Of a stretch of DNA of 64,000 nt, positions 22,300-63,954 are shown piece after piece (the stretch's first letter is position 1; the number at the start of each line of letters is the position of its first letter). A program made the translations under genes and the position numbers. The stretch covers positions 4,526,001 through 4,590,000 of the forward strand of contig NC_092674.1 of NCBI RefSeq assembly GCF_964355755.1. The letters are read 5' to 3'. A model generated the notes under the pieces. That model was not told where the DNA came from, did no database searches, and saw only the letters and a list, made by a program, of their open reading frames with translations. Source of the stretch: Antedon mediterranea. Its lineage: Eukaryota > Animalia > Echinodermata.

Positions 22300-23735
22300 T
22301 AAATAATTATACTGCAAATGAACATTGAAATTTAGCAATACTATAAGTATCACTATAGTTATTTAATGTTACGATTTATTTTGTATTTATTATCCAGTCT
22401 GCTTTTTTTCTGTATTTCTCTTTGGATTTAAGAAATAGACAGTCGACTTCAATGTAACCACACCTTTTATATTTATGGTTTTGATAGTAACTGTATCTGG
22501 TACACTTGAAATGTGTCCACTGACATAGCAGGATATAAGACCAGGGAAGAGTGTAATTTCACTCGTCAATGATCAGAACGAGTACACTAATATGAGTCAA
22601 AATGACGTATAAGTTTGGGAAAACTTCAATTTCCATTTATAGCAGTAATAATTAAACTAGCAACTTCATAGTGAAGATGTACAAGTGATTGATATTATTT
22701 CCCATGCAAGCTATGAAGCTAATATTATAATTAAAAGAGGCATAGAATACATTCTGAAAGTATAAGAAATATGTAAAATAATTAATTGAATGTGAGGATG
22801 GGGAAGAAATCAGTAAGGACTTATTATTAGACAATGTTTCCAAACTTATGTAAAGAAGCGGAAATGACGACAACAGCTGAAATAGTTTGAAGAATCATGG
22901 GAAGGTATTTCAAATTGTATAAAGCGCTCTTGTTATCTTTATTAAAAGATTATGAAAATGGAAATTATTATCGGAAAATTGTGTTTACCATAACCAATCT
23001 TTATATAGGAAACATGCGACGCAGTGTCCCGGACTTTAAAGTTGTTAATAATCAGAATTAGGAAGCGTTAGAATGAAGTTAGTAGGCTTATAACCAAAAT
23101 CTAAATAGTTAAAAAAATCAACAACAAAAAATTAATTAAAGAAAATAAAAACGGCGTTTTCCTTCAGATGCTATCCATATTTGTGTTATCTATATAAATG
23201 GAAGTTTTATATACAGGTGAGCAAATACATAAAGTATTACGTCATCTACTGTTTTTGTATTCTACTTGTTGAAGATTACTTAGTAATACAACAGGATTGA
23301 CTTGCATTACGTTGAATCTTGCTAAATTATAAATAAATATAATTTCACCAATTTATGAGGCCAATGAGCTTTCATTGCGACATAGATAATTAATTTTTAA
23401 TCGATCTGTGCATAATTTTGACAAAAAGAAGACATAACAAATGTGATTTCTCTGTAAAATCAGTGAATATTGTGAGTTATACGGCTTATTGATGCGTTGT
23501 TCACATGTTAACAGGATTAGATATTAATACGCACACAATTTCGAATAGCACCCGTCGGGAAAATAAAACAAACAATATAAAAACTAAGAATGAATCAGGC
23601 AGACAAGAGACATCACATATTCCCGCCTAGTTTTCTGAACGAATGTTTTAATCGTTGCTGTCATGTTGCGTATATTTGTTATACACATACAAGATAAAAA
23701 ATTTTGTAGGTGATTCGCAATAACTTTTTTTTTCA

Positions 23736-23868
23736 AAGTGAATTGACCAATCTCAAGCGATGACTTATTCGCTTGTGATTTCTAACTGTCTATAACTTCG
23801 CTTGTCATTGGTTAAAACGCTTGCGTTGCGTTTACGTCCTTGCGTTACGTTCTAGTGGGAACCAAGCT
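23736..23868. mobile_element. MITE family A1, left-truncated copy
   Basis: Matches the right two-thirds of 62902-63080. Confidence 0.78.
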
Positions 23869-25112
23869 TAAGTTAGCGTCCTGTGAAAACGAAAAGTTGC
23901 TATTACACGACGCATGAGGTGCACTGCTGCACCAGTCAAAAAACTAGACATATTTGAAAATGTGATGGCGTGTGTTAATATGTGTTTATATTGGTATTAG
24001 TTAAAGGAAACATTGTCTTTCACCCTCCACCCACTTACGGGTGTCCTCAGTTCGATCACAATCAAGGAAGATTCGGTCTTGTTCTGGATTTCATCTCAAC
24101 TGAAAAATGTGACACAACAAAAAAATAAAACATTTATATCAAGGTTTACAGTAAATCGAATGCATCAATAAAATAATCAGGATAGAGACAATGCATTAAA
24201 TGGTATAAAGTGCATATTGGTCATGTCTTCAAAGTTTAGAAGATAAAAACAAGAAAGGTAAATAGGAGATCATAATGCATAGGCTTTCAAGGAGAGTACA
24301 ATATTTACAGTAGGAATTGTGCAGAATATAAGACAACAGTTGGATGTGCGATTAAAGGAATAGACAAGGATGGATCTGTATATTGTTTTTGTGTATACAT
24401 CATTCACGACAGATGACGTAAGCAATACAAGAACACTGAACCTATCGTAGGAATGAGTACCTGTTACCTCACAATAAACAAACAGTTCTAAGCCAGTACT
24501 TATCTTATCTGTTCCAATTTGTTTCCAACCGGATTGTTTAGGAGAAAAAATATCAATATTGTGTGCCTCTAAAATGTTATATAGAATAATGTAAAGTTTT
24601 CCATATTCTCGAATGTTTACACAAGGAAATCTATGATTTTGCTAGCTTAGCCTGACTTAAGTTTAGCTATTTTACCGTACGGGATTATTTGTCTCTACAT
24701 GCATATTATGAATAAATAAATATTGCATGTTGTTGTCATAAATCTGTATGTAGCCTTTGTTGTATAATTGCGATATCATGTTAGGAATAATTAACCTTTC
24801 CAGTATGTACATTATTCTGTGCTTAGTAGATATTTACATAATTACAATTAGTTTACTATTTCAATATATTTTATAGATTTAGGCCTATAAAGCAAATTAT
24901 CAATATTTTAATAATGGCAAGGCTGTTGACAATATTGTTAAGCCTTAACTGAGATAAAAAAAATCTAAATCTCGGCTAAAACTTACAAAAGAAATAGAGT
25001 TTATTTACAATCTATCAACGTTTCTGAGATTTTTCAATACTAAAACTTGCATCCATTTTACCATAGAAAATTGAGATTAGTCTATGGTTGTAAAAAATAG
25101 GGGAAGGGTACC

Positions 25113-52441
<27,329 letters not shown>

Positions 52442-55167
52442 GTTTATTCCTCTGTTTTAAAGCTTTAAAACAACAATAGTTTGATACACTTTAACCGCCC
52501 CAAAAACCATATTAAATCATACTACTCGCGTAAAATATCTCACGTAAATGGCACGAACAAATGCATCCATCGTAGAGAAAGTGGAAAAAAGTACAGAAAA
52601 TCTTCCAGAAAATATGGTTTAAATTCACCGGAACATATTAAATAAATAATATACACATTATTCATGAAGATGACAGGTATAGGCGCTATGCTTAATTAGA
52701 GAACAGAACTGCTGAATGGTATGATTATAAGGTATAGTCGTGTGTTGCTGGAAGTAAATTATGATTAGTTAGCTGCAGCAGCATCAAAACAGAACGCCAC
52801 CTGCCTCAGGTAAAATCGAACCGAGAGTCAACAGGAAAGATAATCTCCAAATACATCACAACACTTTTCTGTCTAAATACCAAAACAAATTAATCTTAGA
52901 CCGCTCAAGTCCGTAAAGGTTTTCACGAGAAATATTCTTTTTTTTTACTTCTTCGACGCTGTCTTTAAGTTTCTTTCTTCTTCTGGTATTATAGGCCTGT
53001 GAAAACGCTTAATTATCTGCAAAGGCGTGCATTGCATATTCACGGGAAATTACTGGTCTTCTTCTAGAGTTTTCAGTGCTGTTTTTGGTTGTGATCCGTT
53101 TTGGGTGTTTTTTCGACTTCTATAAATGAAATGGTAATATCCAAGCTGAATAAAAACACCGGTAATTTTTTTCAATACAGAAAAAAAAAACTTCATCTAC
53201 AGAACCATACGTCCATCATCAGTGTTCTCGGTAAACCATGTGACCTTCACAAAATCCGTTGTCAATGCTACCTGAATTAATCGAAATCCTTCACAAATGC
53301 TACAAATTATTTCCATTTTATTCAAATCGTACATAACGTAGAGCACGGTGAATATCTCAGTTACCGATAAAACCTAGATTTCTTTTAAATTATATAAAAT
53401 CCATTTATGTCCAAAACTACTTCAAAGATAAATAGGTAATTTATCTTATCGGCCGAGTGACATCCTTTCCAATCATCAAATTTAGCCAGCAGTATGTATT
53501 AATAAATCCGTTTGCATCACTGGACATATCCGTTTGACATTTCTTGGTTTTCAATATTAGTATTAGGCTCGATTTTAGTTATTTTCGTGTGAGTCGCTTA
53601 TACAATGTTGTCTACGTGCTTTACCGGTTTGCCTGCTAGGTTTGTCTATACATCTACGTGGAAATCTTATTAGGCCTACAACACAACCAGGCCAACATAT
53701 CGCACTCATGAGTAATAAATTGCACTCTCGGACACCTGTGCTTCGCACTATTAGATATCTTAGATAATATCCAATAACGATCACGCTCGAAGTTAATTGT
53801 CGGTCACAAACGCGACATAATGTTCATATTTTAGTTAAGGTGACTGCTTTTCCCGTAAGCATAACTAAACTGATGAGTCACTTTTGTTATAAAACTTGTA
53901 TGCAATTATTTCAATATTGGAAAATGTTTCATAGTTTCTATACTTAAAATTGAGTTGGTATTGAAACACAAATTGGATGTATGTATGGTAGAATAATATA
54001 ATAATAGAAGGTATCTATATATAAATTATGGTTAATTCTGACATAGGCGAGCACAATGCAAAAACTTCGGTACAAATCTCCGCCTTGGATACCTACCTTA
54101 TCTATCCGAGATGTACCGCGAAACGTAGATTTGATAACATTAGTGTTCACGCCGACGCTATTGTTCCATATTTTTATCTTAGGAAGATGTTATAAAGAGT
54201 TTTTTAACAACATTTATGATTTCAACATTAGATTTTCCTCTCAATTTCAATTCTTCCCGGTCAAAGTAATTTCCGGGTTTAAGATAAGTTCACCTTACAA
54301 CGACCTGGTTTTAAATATTTTCTCTCTTTTAAACACAAGGGAGCAGTTAAAATAATAGATTTGACCCTAAAGGTGACTGGAAACAGGCACTTTCCATCAA
54401 TCAATACAGTGTCCCTTTGGAAGACGAAAAAAAAATCAGATAGTAGGAATGCAGCTTAAGTTGGCCATTAGTCATAGCCATTTCAGTTTTTTGTTTATTT
54501 TAAAACATACCACGCGTGTGTGAAGGTACAGTAGTTAAATTATACTGCAAATTAATAAAGATCAAATTAAATATAAAATTACATAGGGAGATTTGATGAT
54601 AAGACATTTTTCGAGTGAAATCCCGATAGCTGAGTTTTATTGAGGAAGCTTGCAGGAATAACTGTAGGCTATCTTCCTGTGTCCCGTTAGGACCGACATG
54701 TCTGCCCATGTTGCAAGCCGTAATGTCTTCTTTCTTGGGCCCACTCTGTTAGGGCAGTTTCAAAAGATGATTAAATTAAATAATGTATTAATAATTATTA
54801 GGATGGTATTCATTTGAATAAACGCCTCTCCAATAAAACATCACTTTGAATAATAACCCCCCCCCCCCCCCCACATTTGTAATTCTTTTTTACCACTTTT
54901 CATATCTACTGTATTAGAGGATTTCATTTGATTATAAATGTTACCATATTATTAAAACTAAAAAATTTAACATATATCCCTCGAATAAGCACCTCCCTCA
55001 AATGACCTCCGCCTCCCCAAAGGGCCCTACCAAACAATAAAAACTATACTTTAAAATGTTATTAATCATCTAAAACACTGTGAAACAAAGTAGTTTAGTT
55101 TTACGAATGTCAAGCATTTTCAATAATGGTAACCGACAGAAAACGTATAAGGAGAACATTATCATTC

Positions 55168-55227
55168 CGAGAACCATCGTCTACACTTCCTAGAGGGGGA
55201 GCGAGCGAAGCGAGCTCACCCTCTAGT
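55168..55227 (+). mobile_element. Helitron-like 3' terminus (hairpin plus CTAG|T)
   Basis: Same architecture as 18572-18632. Confidence 0.55.
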
Positions 55228-56146
55228 TATTATAATTACACTCATAGCAAATATTATAAATAGTGATGAAACATCTATAAAAAGCACGATAAGGTATATG
55301 GAACACCATATTATCTTTAGCGACTCATGATTGACCAAGCCTGCTTCAAATGTTGATGTAACGCATTTTTTTTAATTTTAACGCAAAGCAACGACGATGT
55401 AGTAACGCAAGTGAGTTTACCAATCACAAGCGACAGTTGGGATGATCCATCGCTTCATGATTGGTCAAGTTACTGTCGGTGGTGCACGCTTAGTCTTTTG
55501 CATCCATGGCCAAGAGGGAACGAGACGTCAACATCATTTGTGTGTCAGGTAATGTATTATGTTTACATGAATGTTATAGGTGTAAGAAATTCTAAGAATG
55601 TTTACTTCATGAAACACCATTCTCATGTAGCTCCTATAATTTAACGTGCGCTCAGCGATAAAAGAGAACTTAACTGCCAACGGCATTTCGAACATGCAGC
55701 GATCACAAGTGCAAATGCAGAAATTAAATTTGCATGTATCTGCAGCAGAGTTTGCAATGTATTATAGTCAAAAGAAGTGCATTCAACAATAAAATTTAAT
55801 TTACTCTTGCCGTCAGGAAAACTGATTTAGAAGGATAATAAAGTAGATACGAAATGACACGAATCCAGTATTTGCAACACACCTGGGTAGAATTGCCAGT
55901 ACAAATACTTACATAGGCAAATTGAATTCTATATAATTGAAGGAGGTGGATGCGTATCGGTTTCCCCGCTCTACAATATTTGCATATTGAGTTGAAAAAC
56001 ACCATCTGCGGAGATTGTCCATCTTTCTAATGAACTTTAACATACAAAATATATACACATATATAACAATAAAATAATAAAACACACTTTAAATGGATCG
56101 GAACAAAACATTAATTTGAAAACACAAGTTTCTTTACATTCTTTAA

Positions 56147-56507
56147 AGATATATTGTCCCCCCAGAATCATGAAAAATAAAGATTTTTAAAATCAGAATT
56201 TGAATAGCCCATTTTGCAGTATTAATGAAGTTATTCACTTCCATTAAAAAACAAAGCCAAGTTAGTGTTTACCGACCAACCGACGGACCGATCAACCTAC
56301 CGACATAGTGAGCTGTGGAGTCGCGTTGCACGCACGCGACTAAACATGAAAATAAATTATGATTTCACTTATAAAAAGGCAAAACGAACAGTTACATTTA
56401 ACCAAAAATGTAAATAACTTATGTGACATTAAAATGGCATTATTCAACAATTCAACAACAAAAATTTAAAAAAAATATTTTTTCAGGGGGGATATAGGCC
56501 TATATCC
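56147..56507. mobile_element. TTAA-flanked MITE family K with a nested HINE-like fragment (about 56250-56345)
   Basis: TTAA|AGATATATTGTCCCC...tatatcc|TTAA. The interior matches 32055-32495. Confidence 0.65.
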
Positions 56508-56810
56508 TTAAATCCGAAAATGTGCTATGTAAACGTAATAATTAATTTGACTATTTCTAAAATTGTATACTACGGTACATGTTATCTTTCATACATTACA
56601 TTTGCAAAATAACAGTTTATATTAGTATTTCGACTTACGAATTTAAGTGTGCTTACTTTTGTTCATTTTTCAATTTGTTTTGTTGATTTGCGGTTATTTT
56701 TTTAACTGTTGATCTTTTGTTCTGGGTCCTACTTCAAGGCAAATGATAATAATGCTTTCTTTTTTTATTTCCCATTTGTATATTTTTTATATCATTATTA
56801 AATAAATAAT

Positions 56811-56964
56811 GATGAAGGGCTAGTGTTGCCCGAAAGCTCTGCTTACTTTTCTGGCTGTTTTACTTATCGTTTTGATTTAGCTTTTCGCTTTTTTTTGTAC
56901 CTCCATTGAGATCCAGCCACTGATACCCACAGCATTGTCATTTTTCAGTAATTTGCCTTCAGGA
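56811..56964 (+). mobile_element. Penelope-like terminal-repeat fragment with a truncated minimal hammerhead motif, flanked by a 17-bp TSD
   Basis: ATTATTAAATAAATAAT at both 56794-56810 and 56965-56981. The insert starts (T)GATGA-A-GGGC-tagtgtt-GCCC-GAA-AGCT-C. Confidence 0.7.
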
Positions 56965-57954
56965 ATTATTAAATAAATAATAAATGTTGCTGAAAAAGCA
57001 TGGTAAACTGGTAAAAATACCTTTCAATATCGTTAAAAAAAATTACAAATCAAAATTATATTTAGCTATTTCATTAACAAAGAGAATAACTGTATAAATT
57101 ATGTAAAATTAAACATTGTGAAGTTGATGACATATTTTTGTGAAAATAATTTGATTGATTTCCGTTGGTCAGTCGTCCAGTTGGTATTCCATGACAATGT
57201 CCATCTGCCAGCTGGTTTATTATAAGAAAGGGATGTTACAAAACTTATACAAAATGAATTAAATAAACAACATTGATTGTTATTAGATATTGACAAATAG
57301 TAATTGGAAGACATGTTACGTGATTTCACTTCTCTAATTATTGTTAATGTATTATAGACTGCTACAGCGCGGTATCAAAGGTGAATTTTTATGAAATCAC
57401 ACTGTAAATAACGTTATAGCACTATTTGCTTTGCTAGTGAATTGGTCTTTCTTGTGGATATTTTAAACTTAAGTGAATAACGCATGCACATTACTCAGCG
57501 CTTTCGATTTCTAGTGGAAGAAATGGTTTAAACTTTATATCTGAACAATTATGGCGGCGATCCACAGGTAAAGGCGCGAGGATTAAAACGCTTAAAATGT
57601 TCAGACTATAGAATTGTTTTTAAAGTGCATAGGCCTATTATTAATAACAATGATATTTCCGAAAGTTAAATATTATAGCTATTAAAATCAAGAATATCAT
57701 CCATTATTAAGGTTAAACTATACTATGACATTACAATATCATTGTTTACTGATGAGCAACGATAAACACGTTTGACATGATTTATGGTCAAATTGTTTTT
57801 TATATCATGTCGTATCATTGGCGAAATGTAGGCCTATAAAACATTGCTGTTTCCACGTCAAAATGTTTCATTAGAATGCAATAGGCCTATTCATTAAATT
57901 GGAAAAGCTATTAAATACTGACAGAACCAATTAGTAAAAACAACTCAACGCAAA

Positions 57955-58415
57955 CACAGCATATTAACATATGACGGCAAACACGACATATTAACCTAGG
58001 ACGGCAAAAGCGACATATTAACCTAGGACGGCAATCGCGACATATTAACCTAGGACGGCAAACGCGAAATATTAACCTAGGACGGCAAACGCGACATATT
58101 AACCCGAGACGGCAAACACGACATATGACGGCAAACACGACATATTAATCTAGGACGGCAAAACGACATAGTAACCTATGACGACAAACACGACATATTA
58201 ACCTAGGACGGCAAACGCGACATATTAACCTAGGACGGTAAACGCGACATATTAACCTATGACGGCAAACACGACATATTAACCTAGGACGGCAAACACG
58301 ACATATTAACCTAGGACGGCAAACACGACATATTAATCTAGGACGAAAAACACGACATATTAACCTAGGTAGGACGGCAAACGCGACATAACATACGACG
58401 GCAAACACGACATAT
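57955..58415. repeat. 27-bp minisatellite (ggcaaacacgacatattaacctaggac), about 17 copies
   Basis: Direct tandem units. They explain the ICRVCRPRL ORFs. Confidence 0.93.
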
Positions 58416-59465
58416 AATTGACACCAACCGAGTGCACTAACACCCTCCCCTAAATAAGTAATTATAAACCTTGATTTGTCAGAGGAAATGTACTCGGTAC
58501 AATACAATGGCCTAGTGAGTTCTCGCCCACATGCCTAAGCTATTCTTAGGGATTTGTTCTGACATAAAAAATCCATTAAAATGCATCTGATAATAGTCTT
58601 TTTTTAAATGTTATGTAATATTTACTGAAACACAATAATAAGAATAAAGTGTTAAATTGCTAAATCTCTTCGGTAGTCGGTGGCATTACAATTGAAAACT
58701 ATTTTTAAAACATTCATGGCAGTTTAGGTTAGTTGATTACGTCAATCTTTTAGTTTTATGCCAGAAACAACAATCAATAATCTATCAAATTAGACATACA
58801 CATCGAAAAAGTAATCCCGTATAAAAAGACAATTTATAATCTAAACAAATATAGACTAAGAAATAGATAAAAATAGTCACAATCGTCACTAAAAAGTACA
58901 ACAGTGTACAACTGCATAATCATCCTATTTTGGAGTGATCTTGGGTTGAGAGATACTTGCATGCGTGACGTGTATATCTTCAGCTAGGCGCGCCTACTGG
59001 CAAGAACAAAGTAATTACTGTAGATAAAAGCATTTAATTTACTCATTTAATAAACTAGAATACGAAGATATTGATGTTCGCCCGAAGCAAGAAAGCAAGA
59101 TAAAGAGAAATATATCATTGTGTCATACGATAACATATCACAATATAGCATTTTGTGTGAAACGAATTTTACCTTAATAAAAACTAAAAAAGGGGATTTT
59201 TTTGTTCATTTAATATCCTGTTTATAACTAATTATAGCAATGTCCTTTCAGAGTACAAACACTGTTATAAAATGGGCCGCAGCGCTTGTTTAGAAATACA
59301 ACATATACACCCAAGCTTTTACCATAAGTGGGGTGTGTATTCTTCGATCCAAACACGCGTGTCACACGAGAGGTAAATTAAAATAATGTTGGTGAGTTAA
59401 TTAAGTATCATTCTATGTCACACAATACTATGCGTACAAAATTTTTATTTTATTTTAAATTCTTA

Positions 59466-59605
59466 AGCTCTGTCTACGCTATCAAACTAGTTTGACAAAA
59501 AATGTGTGATGTGCCCAAAGATAGAAGTGATATGACGTCATCATGTCCATATATGGGTACATCACGTTTGTTTGTCACATAACGTTTGATAGTGTAGACA
59601 GAGCT
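59466..59605. mobile_element. MITE family B, full length, TTA TSD
   Basis: TTA|AGCTCTGTCTACGCTATCAAAC...GTTTGATAGTGTAGACAGAGCT|TTA. Confidence 0.85.
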
Positions 59606-60099
59606 TTAGAGAGCAGACGGTCTTTCATTAAAGTCGAGTAGTCTATGATTTCAAAACCCAAAGCCCATTAAAAACGTATAACTAAAAGTTTCTGGCTCAA
59701 CAACATACTATCATGTACAAATGCTATTCGAAATCAGCTTTTGTTAAAGATCCTTAAAACATGTTACAGGATACAATATCCTTATAGTCTCAAGGTGTAA
59801 GTATCTTTATTGATATTTTGTTAAACCAGATTTACTGATTCATTATGACGCAATGATGTGTGAATGACATTGAGCACCATAATAATACCTGTGCACATGC
59901 GCACTTCAATATCAGGAAACCATGAGCAATTTCTTTTGTATATTGGTTGATTGGAGGGTCGCCCTTTTATCCACCTTGAACTACCTTTTTATACACGACT
60001 GTATAATGCTATAACAAAATATGATATTATAAAATTATCATTATTTTGCGATAGTAATGCACCACAACTCCCGACCCCCCTCCCCGATTAATGATCATA

Positions 60100-60368
60100 G
60101 AGGTGTGAGTGGCCAAGTGGTCTCTTCTCGGATAAGGACTATAAACAGTAGGTCCAGTATAAACATCTGGCTCATGTGCACTTTAAAGAACCTAGTACTG
60201 TACATCGTTCGAGACGAGTAGGGGGTTACCCCGGTGTACTAGTATATCACAGCACACTGTCACACATAGACACTTATCATAACTCATCAAGAGGGCCCCT
60301 TGTTTGTCAGCATAGGCTGTTTAGGGTTGCCTTCTATAAATAAGGTGAAATAAAATAAAATAAAATAA
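60100..60368 (+). mobile_element. Deu/Nin-type SINE (subfamily 2) with most of the tRNA head deleted
   Basis: A-box TGGCCAAGTGG joined directly to the core TCTTCTCGGATAAGGACTATAAAC. (AAAAT)n tail. Confidence 0.75.
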
Positions 60369-61741
60369 CATGTTGACTATTATTCCTATATTGACTATGA
60401 CAATCCGCTTCTAACCGACATACATGAACAATAAAACGTGGCTATGACAGCTGACTATACACATTTATATGAAATAAAATACATTTTGGTTCAGAGACTA
60501 TACTCATATAACACTGTAGTCCTATGTATGTGGCCATAGTCACATAATCACTTGGTGACGCTATTTACCTTAAATAAAGTATTTCACTTAAGTCAATATA
60601 AGGAGTTCTATTCACTCATTACATATGATGCATCTATTAGCCAGATGAAAAGTCACTGGAATCCTTAATATGAGAGGTCTCTGTTTTCTAAGTCGATTCG
60701 TACCAATTTTAAGGCTTTCCGGTATTGAGTTATAAGTCGACCTACTAATACTTTAACATGGTACTGGTAGATATAATTCAATGTCCTTTAGATTTAAATG
60801 AACGGGATTCACCAACCTGATAGCTGAAAATGTCCACTGTAACACCTAATGACCAGTTGAAAACTAAATGGTCAAACATCGGCCACCGACACATTCATAG
60901 TTATACGGTAATAATTTTAAATTTTTTCGTTCGTATTTCAACTAACAATATGCGTGGAAATCATTGAAGCGACAGGAAGTTAGTATTAGGTCTATTCCAA
61001 ACAAAAGCGCCCGGTTCTGACTGACCGCATTCGTATTATTAGTAATAAAATGCACTGAAGTACCAAATTCCTAACGGGAAAGTTGTTATTCTTTCGCCGT
61101 CTTCCTTTCATCGCACACCAACTAAAGTAATAGCAATTAGGGCTACAATATGTGATGTTTTATCCCGATGCCTAATTAAATTGTATGATAAAAATTATAA
61201 GATTAGAAATTGTGGGCCTAACAATACACGTCAGGGTGGAACATGTCCAAAAGGACGTACAGAACAAGGTTCGGACCGGCCGAGCTTCACCGCATTAGGC
61301 CTGGGTATTCTTTAGCTCTACATTATACACTATTGTATATGTCAACATAAATTTCCTTTTGGACAAATAAAATGAACTGTGATAGGCCTATACCTCCATC
61401 GATAATTGTACTGCTGTAAAGTCTATTATTCTGACTCTAGATTACACACGAACATCTGATCGATAGTACATCAAACACTTGTTGATCGTATAATGTTAAT
61501 ATTCATAACAATTCATCACGAGCTTAATTATTTCTGTCACACAGGTTAATTGTAAACTAAATTAAGACTTGATGAGATGAAATAGTAAGGCTATGTACAA
61601 CCCTTAACAGGGATGTCCTATGAATAGGAGTTGAAACCTAAGATATTTCCCCTCGTTCGTTTCACGGAAAAGTGTCTACTAAATTAAGGGCATTCCAAAT
61701 GAGGAGTTCACTTTATGGTATTTCCAGAAAATGAACCCTTA

Positions 61742-61981
61742 AGGCCCATTTACACTAGAACGATAACGATCTACGATAAATAGATCAATAATAACAATAA
61801 CATCGTTGTATTGCCACAATATTAAATGCTCTTACTGATCATGACGTAATTTGACTGGACATGTGAAAATGTAATTTTCATCAAAGGCAGCTAGATGGTT
61901 ATTCTATAGTTCTAGAATAAAAATTGTGTAGATTGCATATTTGTCTATTTATTCGTCGATCGTCCTAGTGTAAATGGGCCT
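61742..61981. mobile_element. MITE family C (PIF/Harbinger-like), TTA TSD
   Basis: TTA|AGGCCCATTTACACTAG.ACGAT...ATCGT.CTAGTGTAAATGGGCCT|TTA. Confidence 0.85.
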
Positions 61982-62671
61982 TTAATTTAGAATACTGTAC
62001 CTCTATTCAGTGGGCATGTCATATCTTTATTGCGTCTTATTAGCATCCATGATCGTCCATACAAATTGTGGATACCACTTTAAATTGGACACACTATTAG
62101 TATAATAGCAATTAACACAGGTCAATGTGTCATGTTTATTGGCGTGCATGGTATCGCAAAACTGTTAATACATTTTCTATGAAGTGCTCTTTCTTCGATT
62201 AAGAAGTGAATACAGTAATTACTAAATTCTGTATGGAAATGAAAAATTAACTCGGTTACCGGCGCCAATATTAACACGCTAAAATGATTTCTCATAACGC
62301 ATGAGAGACCTGGAATACGTGTCGAAATTTCAGGGATGTATGAGTGATAACTTACTTGATATTATTAGATGCGCTAAGATGATTATAAATATAATCATAT
62401 TCATCTTTCTGTAATCCAATTTAAATATTATAAATGTATACGTTTCTTATCGCATTAAAATTCATCTGCTTCCAACAAATATTATTTGATAACAATTTCA
62501 TTTACGTTGAAACTTACCCAGCGTTTCATGCGTTATCATCGCACTTTCTCAATGTTGTGATATCAGCTTGGTTTGCTGGTTAGTTTTACTTTAGTGTCAT
62601 TAGGCCTATATTATCTATAATATTGTATAGGCTCAAATTTAGAAATATTAAAGAGGTACGTATAGGTATAA

Positions 62672-62790
62672 AGCTATGTCTACACTATCAAACTTTATGT
62701 GACAACAACAAAATGTGATGTGCCCATATATGGACATGATGACTACCACATTTGGGCACATCACACTTGTTTGATAGTGTAGACGGAGCT
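62672..62790. mobile_element. MITE family B
   Basis: TIRs as in the other family B copies. Confidence 0.8.
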
Positions 62791-62901
62791 TTAAAATATG
62801 TATACAATAACACGAGTACTATAATGAAGAATATCGTGAATATTATTGTTCATCTTTATTCACGTACGCACAACGCAATACAGCACATGTATTGTTGTTA
62901 A

Positions 62902-63080
62902 AGCGTGGTTCCCACTAGCGACGCAACACAAGGACGTAACGCAACGCAAGTGAATTGACCAATCACAAGCGATGGCTTATTCGCTTGTGATTGCTAACTG
63001 TCTATAACTTCGCTTGTCATTGGTTAAAACGCTTGCGTTGCGTTTACGTCCTTGCGTTACGTTCTAGTGGGAACCACGCT
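62902..63080. mobile_element. MITE family A1, full length (179 bp)
   Basis: Perfect 17-bp TIR AGCGTGGTTCCCACTAG. Confidence 0.88.
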
Positions 63081-63954
63081 TTACCAAGTAAGAACCGCAT
63101 TAAAGTAAATCTAGGCTTAACGGTATTAACATCAAGTAACATCAGAATGCAAAAGAATTTGAACATAATCTCAGGATTTGATATAAAACACCAGTCTCTT
63201 TCCATGAACTACCATTTAAAAATGAATTAATTGTCAGAATAACTATCTTCAATCATTCCTTAAAATTACGAATTAAAATTTGGTCATAATTATACTGCTT
63301 AAAATCAGTGTATGTATAAACGGCAACTTCTTTTAAGAAGTTAAATTAAAATTAAAATTAAAATTTAAGATTAATTTAAGAAGACCGGATATTGTGTAAG
63401 TAGCATGATATGGGAAAAGATGATACGAAACCAAATCATTCTCTTTCAAAGAATAATATAAGAAAAAATTGTGACTCAATTATCGATGTTAATAACAAAA
63501 CAATAACCTCGGTCACAGAAACAGATACATTCAACCAAGACTGAGAAGTGACTTAGCTTGTAGAGCCAAGTATGCTAATTTTGTATTTATTTCTGACTGA
63601 TTATGTAGGCCTAATGCGTATGATAAATCAAAGTTCTTGGAAATTATCGGTGTTAAATTGTTAATAAATGCTTATTAATAACATCTTGTAATAAATTACA
63701 TCAATTAATAAGTATATTAATCATTACGAAAATTAATAATACAGTATATGAATCAGAAATGTGTCTAAAGAGTGCATGTGCCATAAGTATTGGCGAAGTT
63801 TTGTTTTCACGGCTACGCAACTTTTGAGTCCAACATGGTGCGCATGCTCATATGTTTCTGATCGTGTCCAGAACGACTCGATAGGCTCATAATCTAGGCT
63901 CAAATACTGGAAACATATTCCCATAATAATGCAGCTATAGTAATCAAACTGATC

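Noticed and set aside
53868-53900. CTGATGAG as a hammerhead core (also near 47662 and 57750)
   Set aside because: No stem II followed by GAAA can be formed downstream.
57911-58507. Cys/Arg-rich, metallothionein- or defensin-like ORFs
   Set aside because: Translation of the 27-bp minisatellite.
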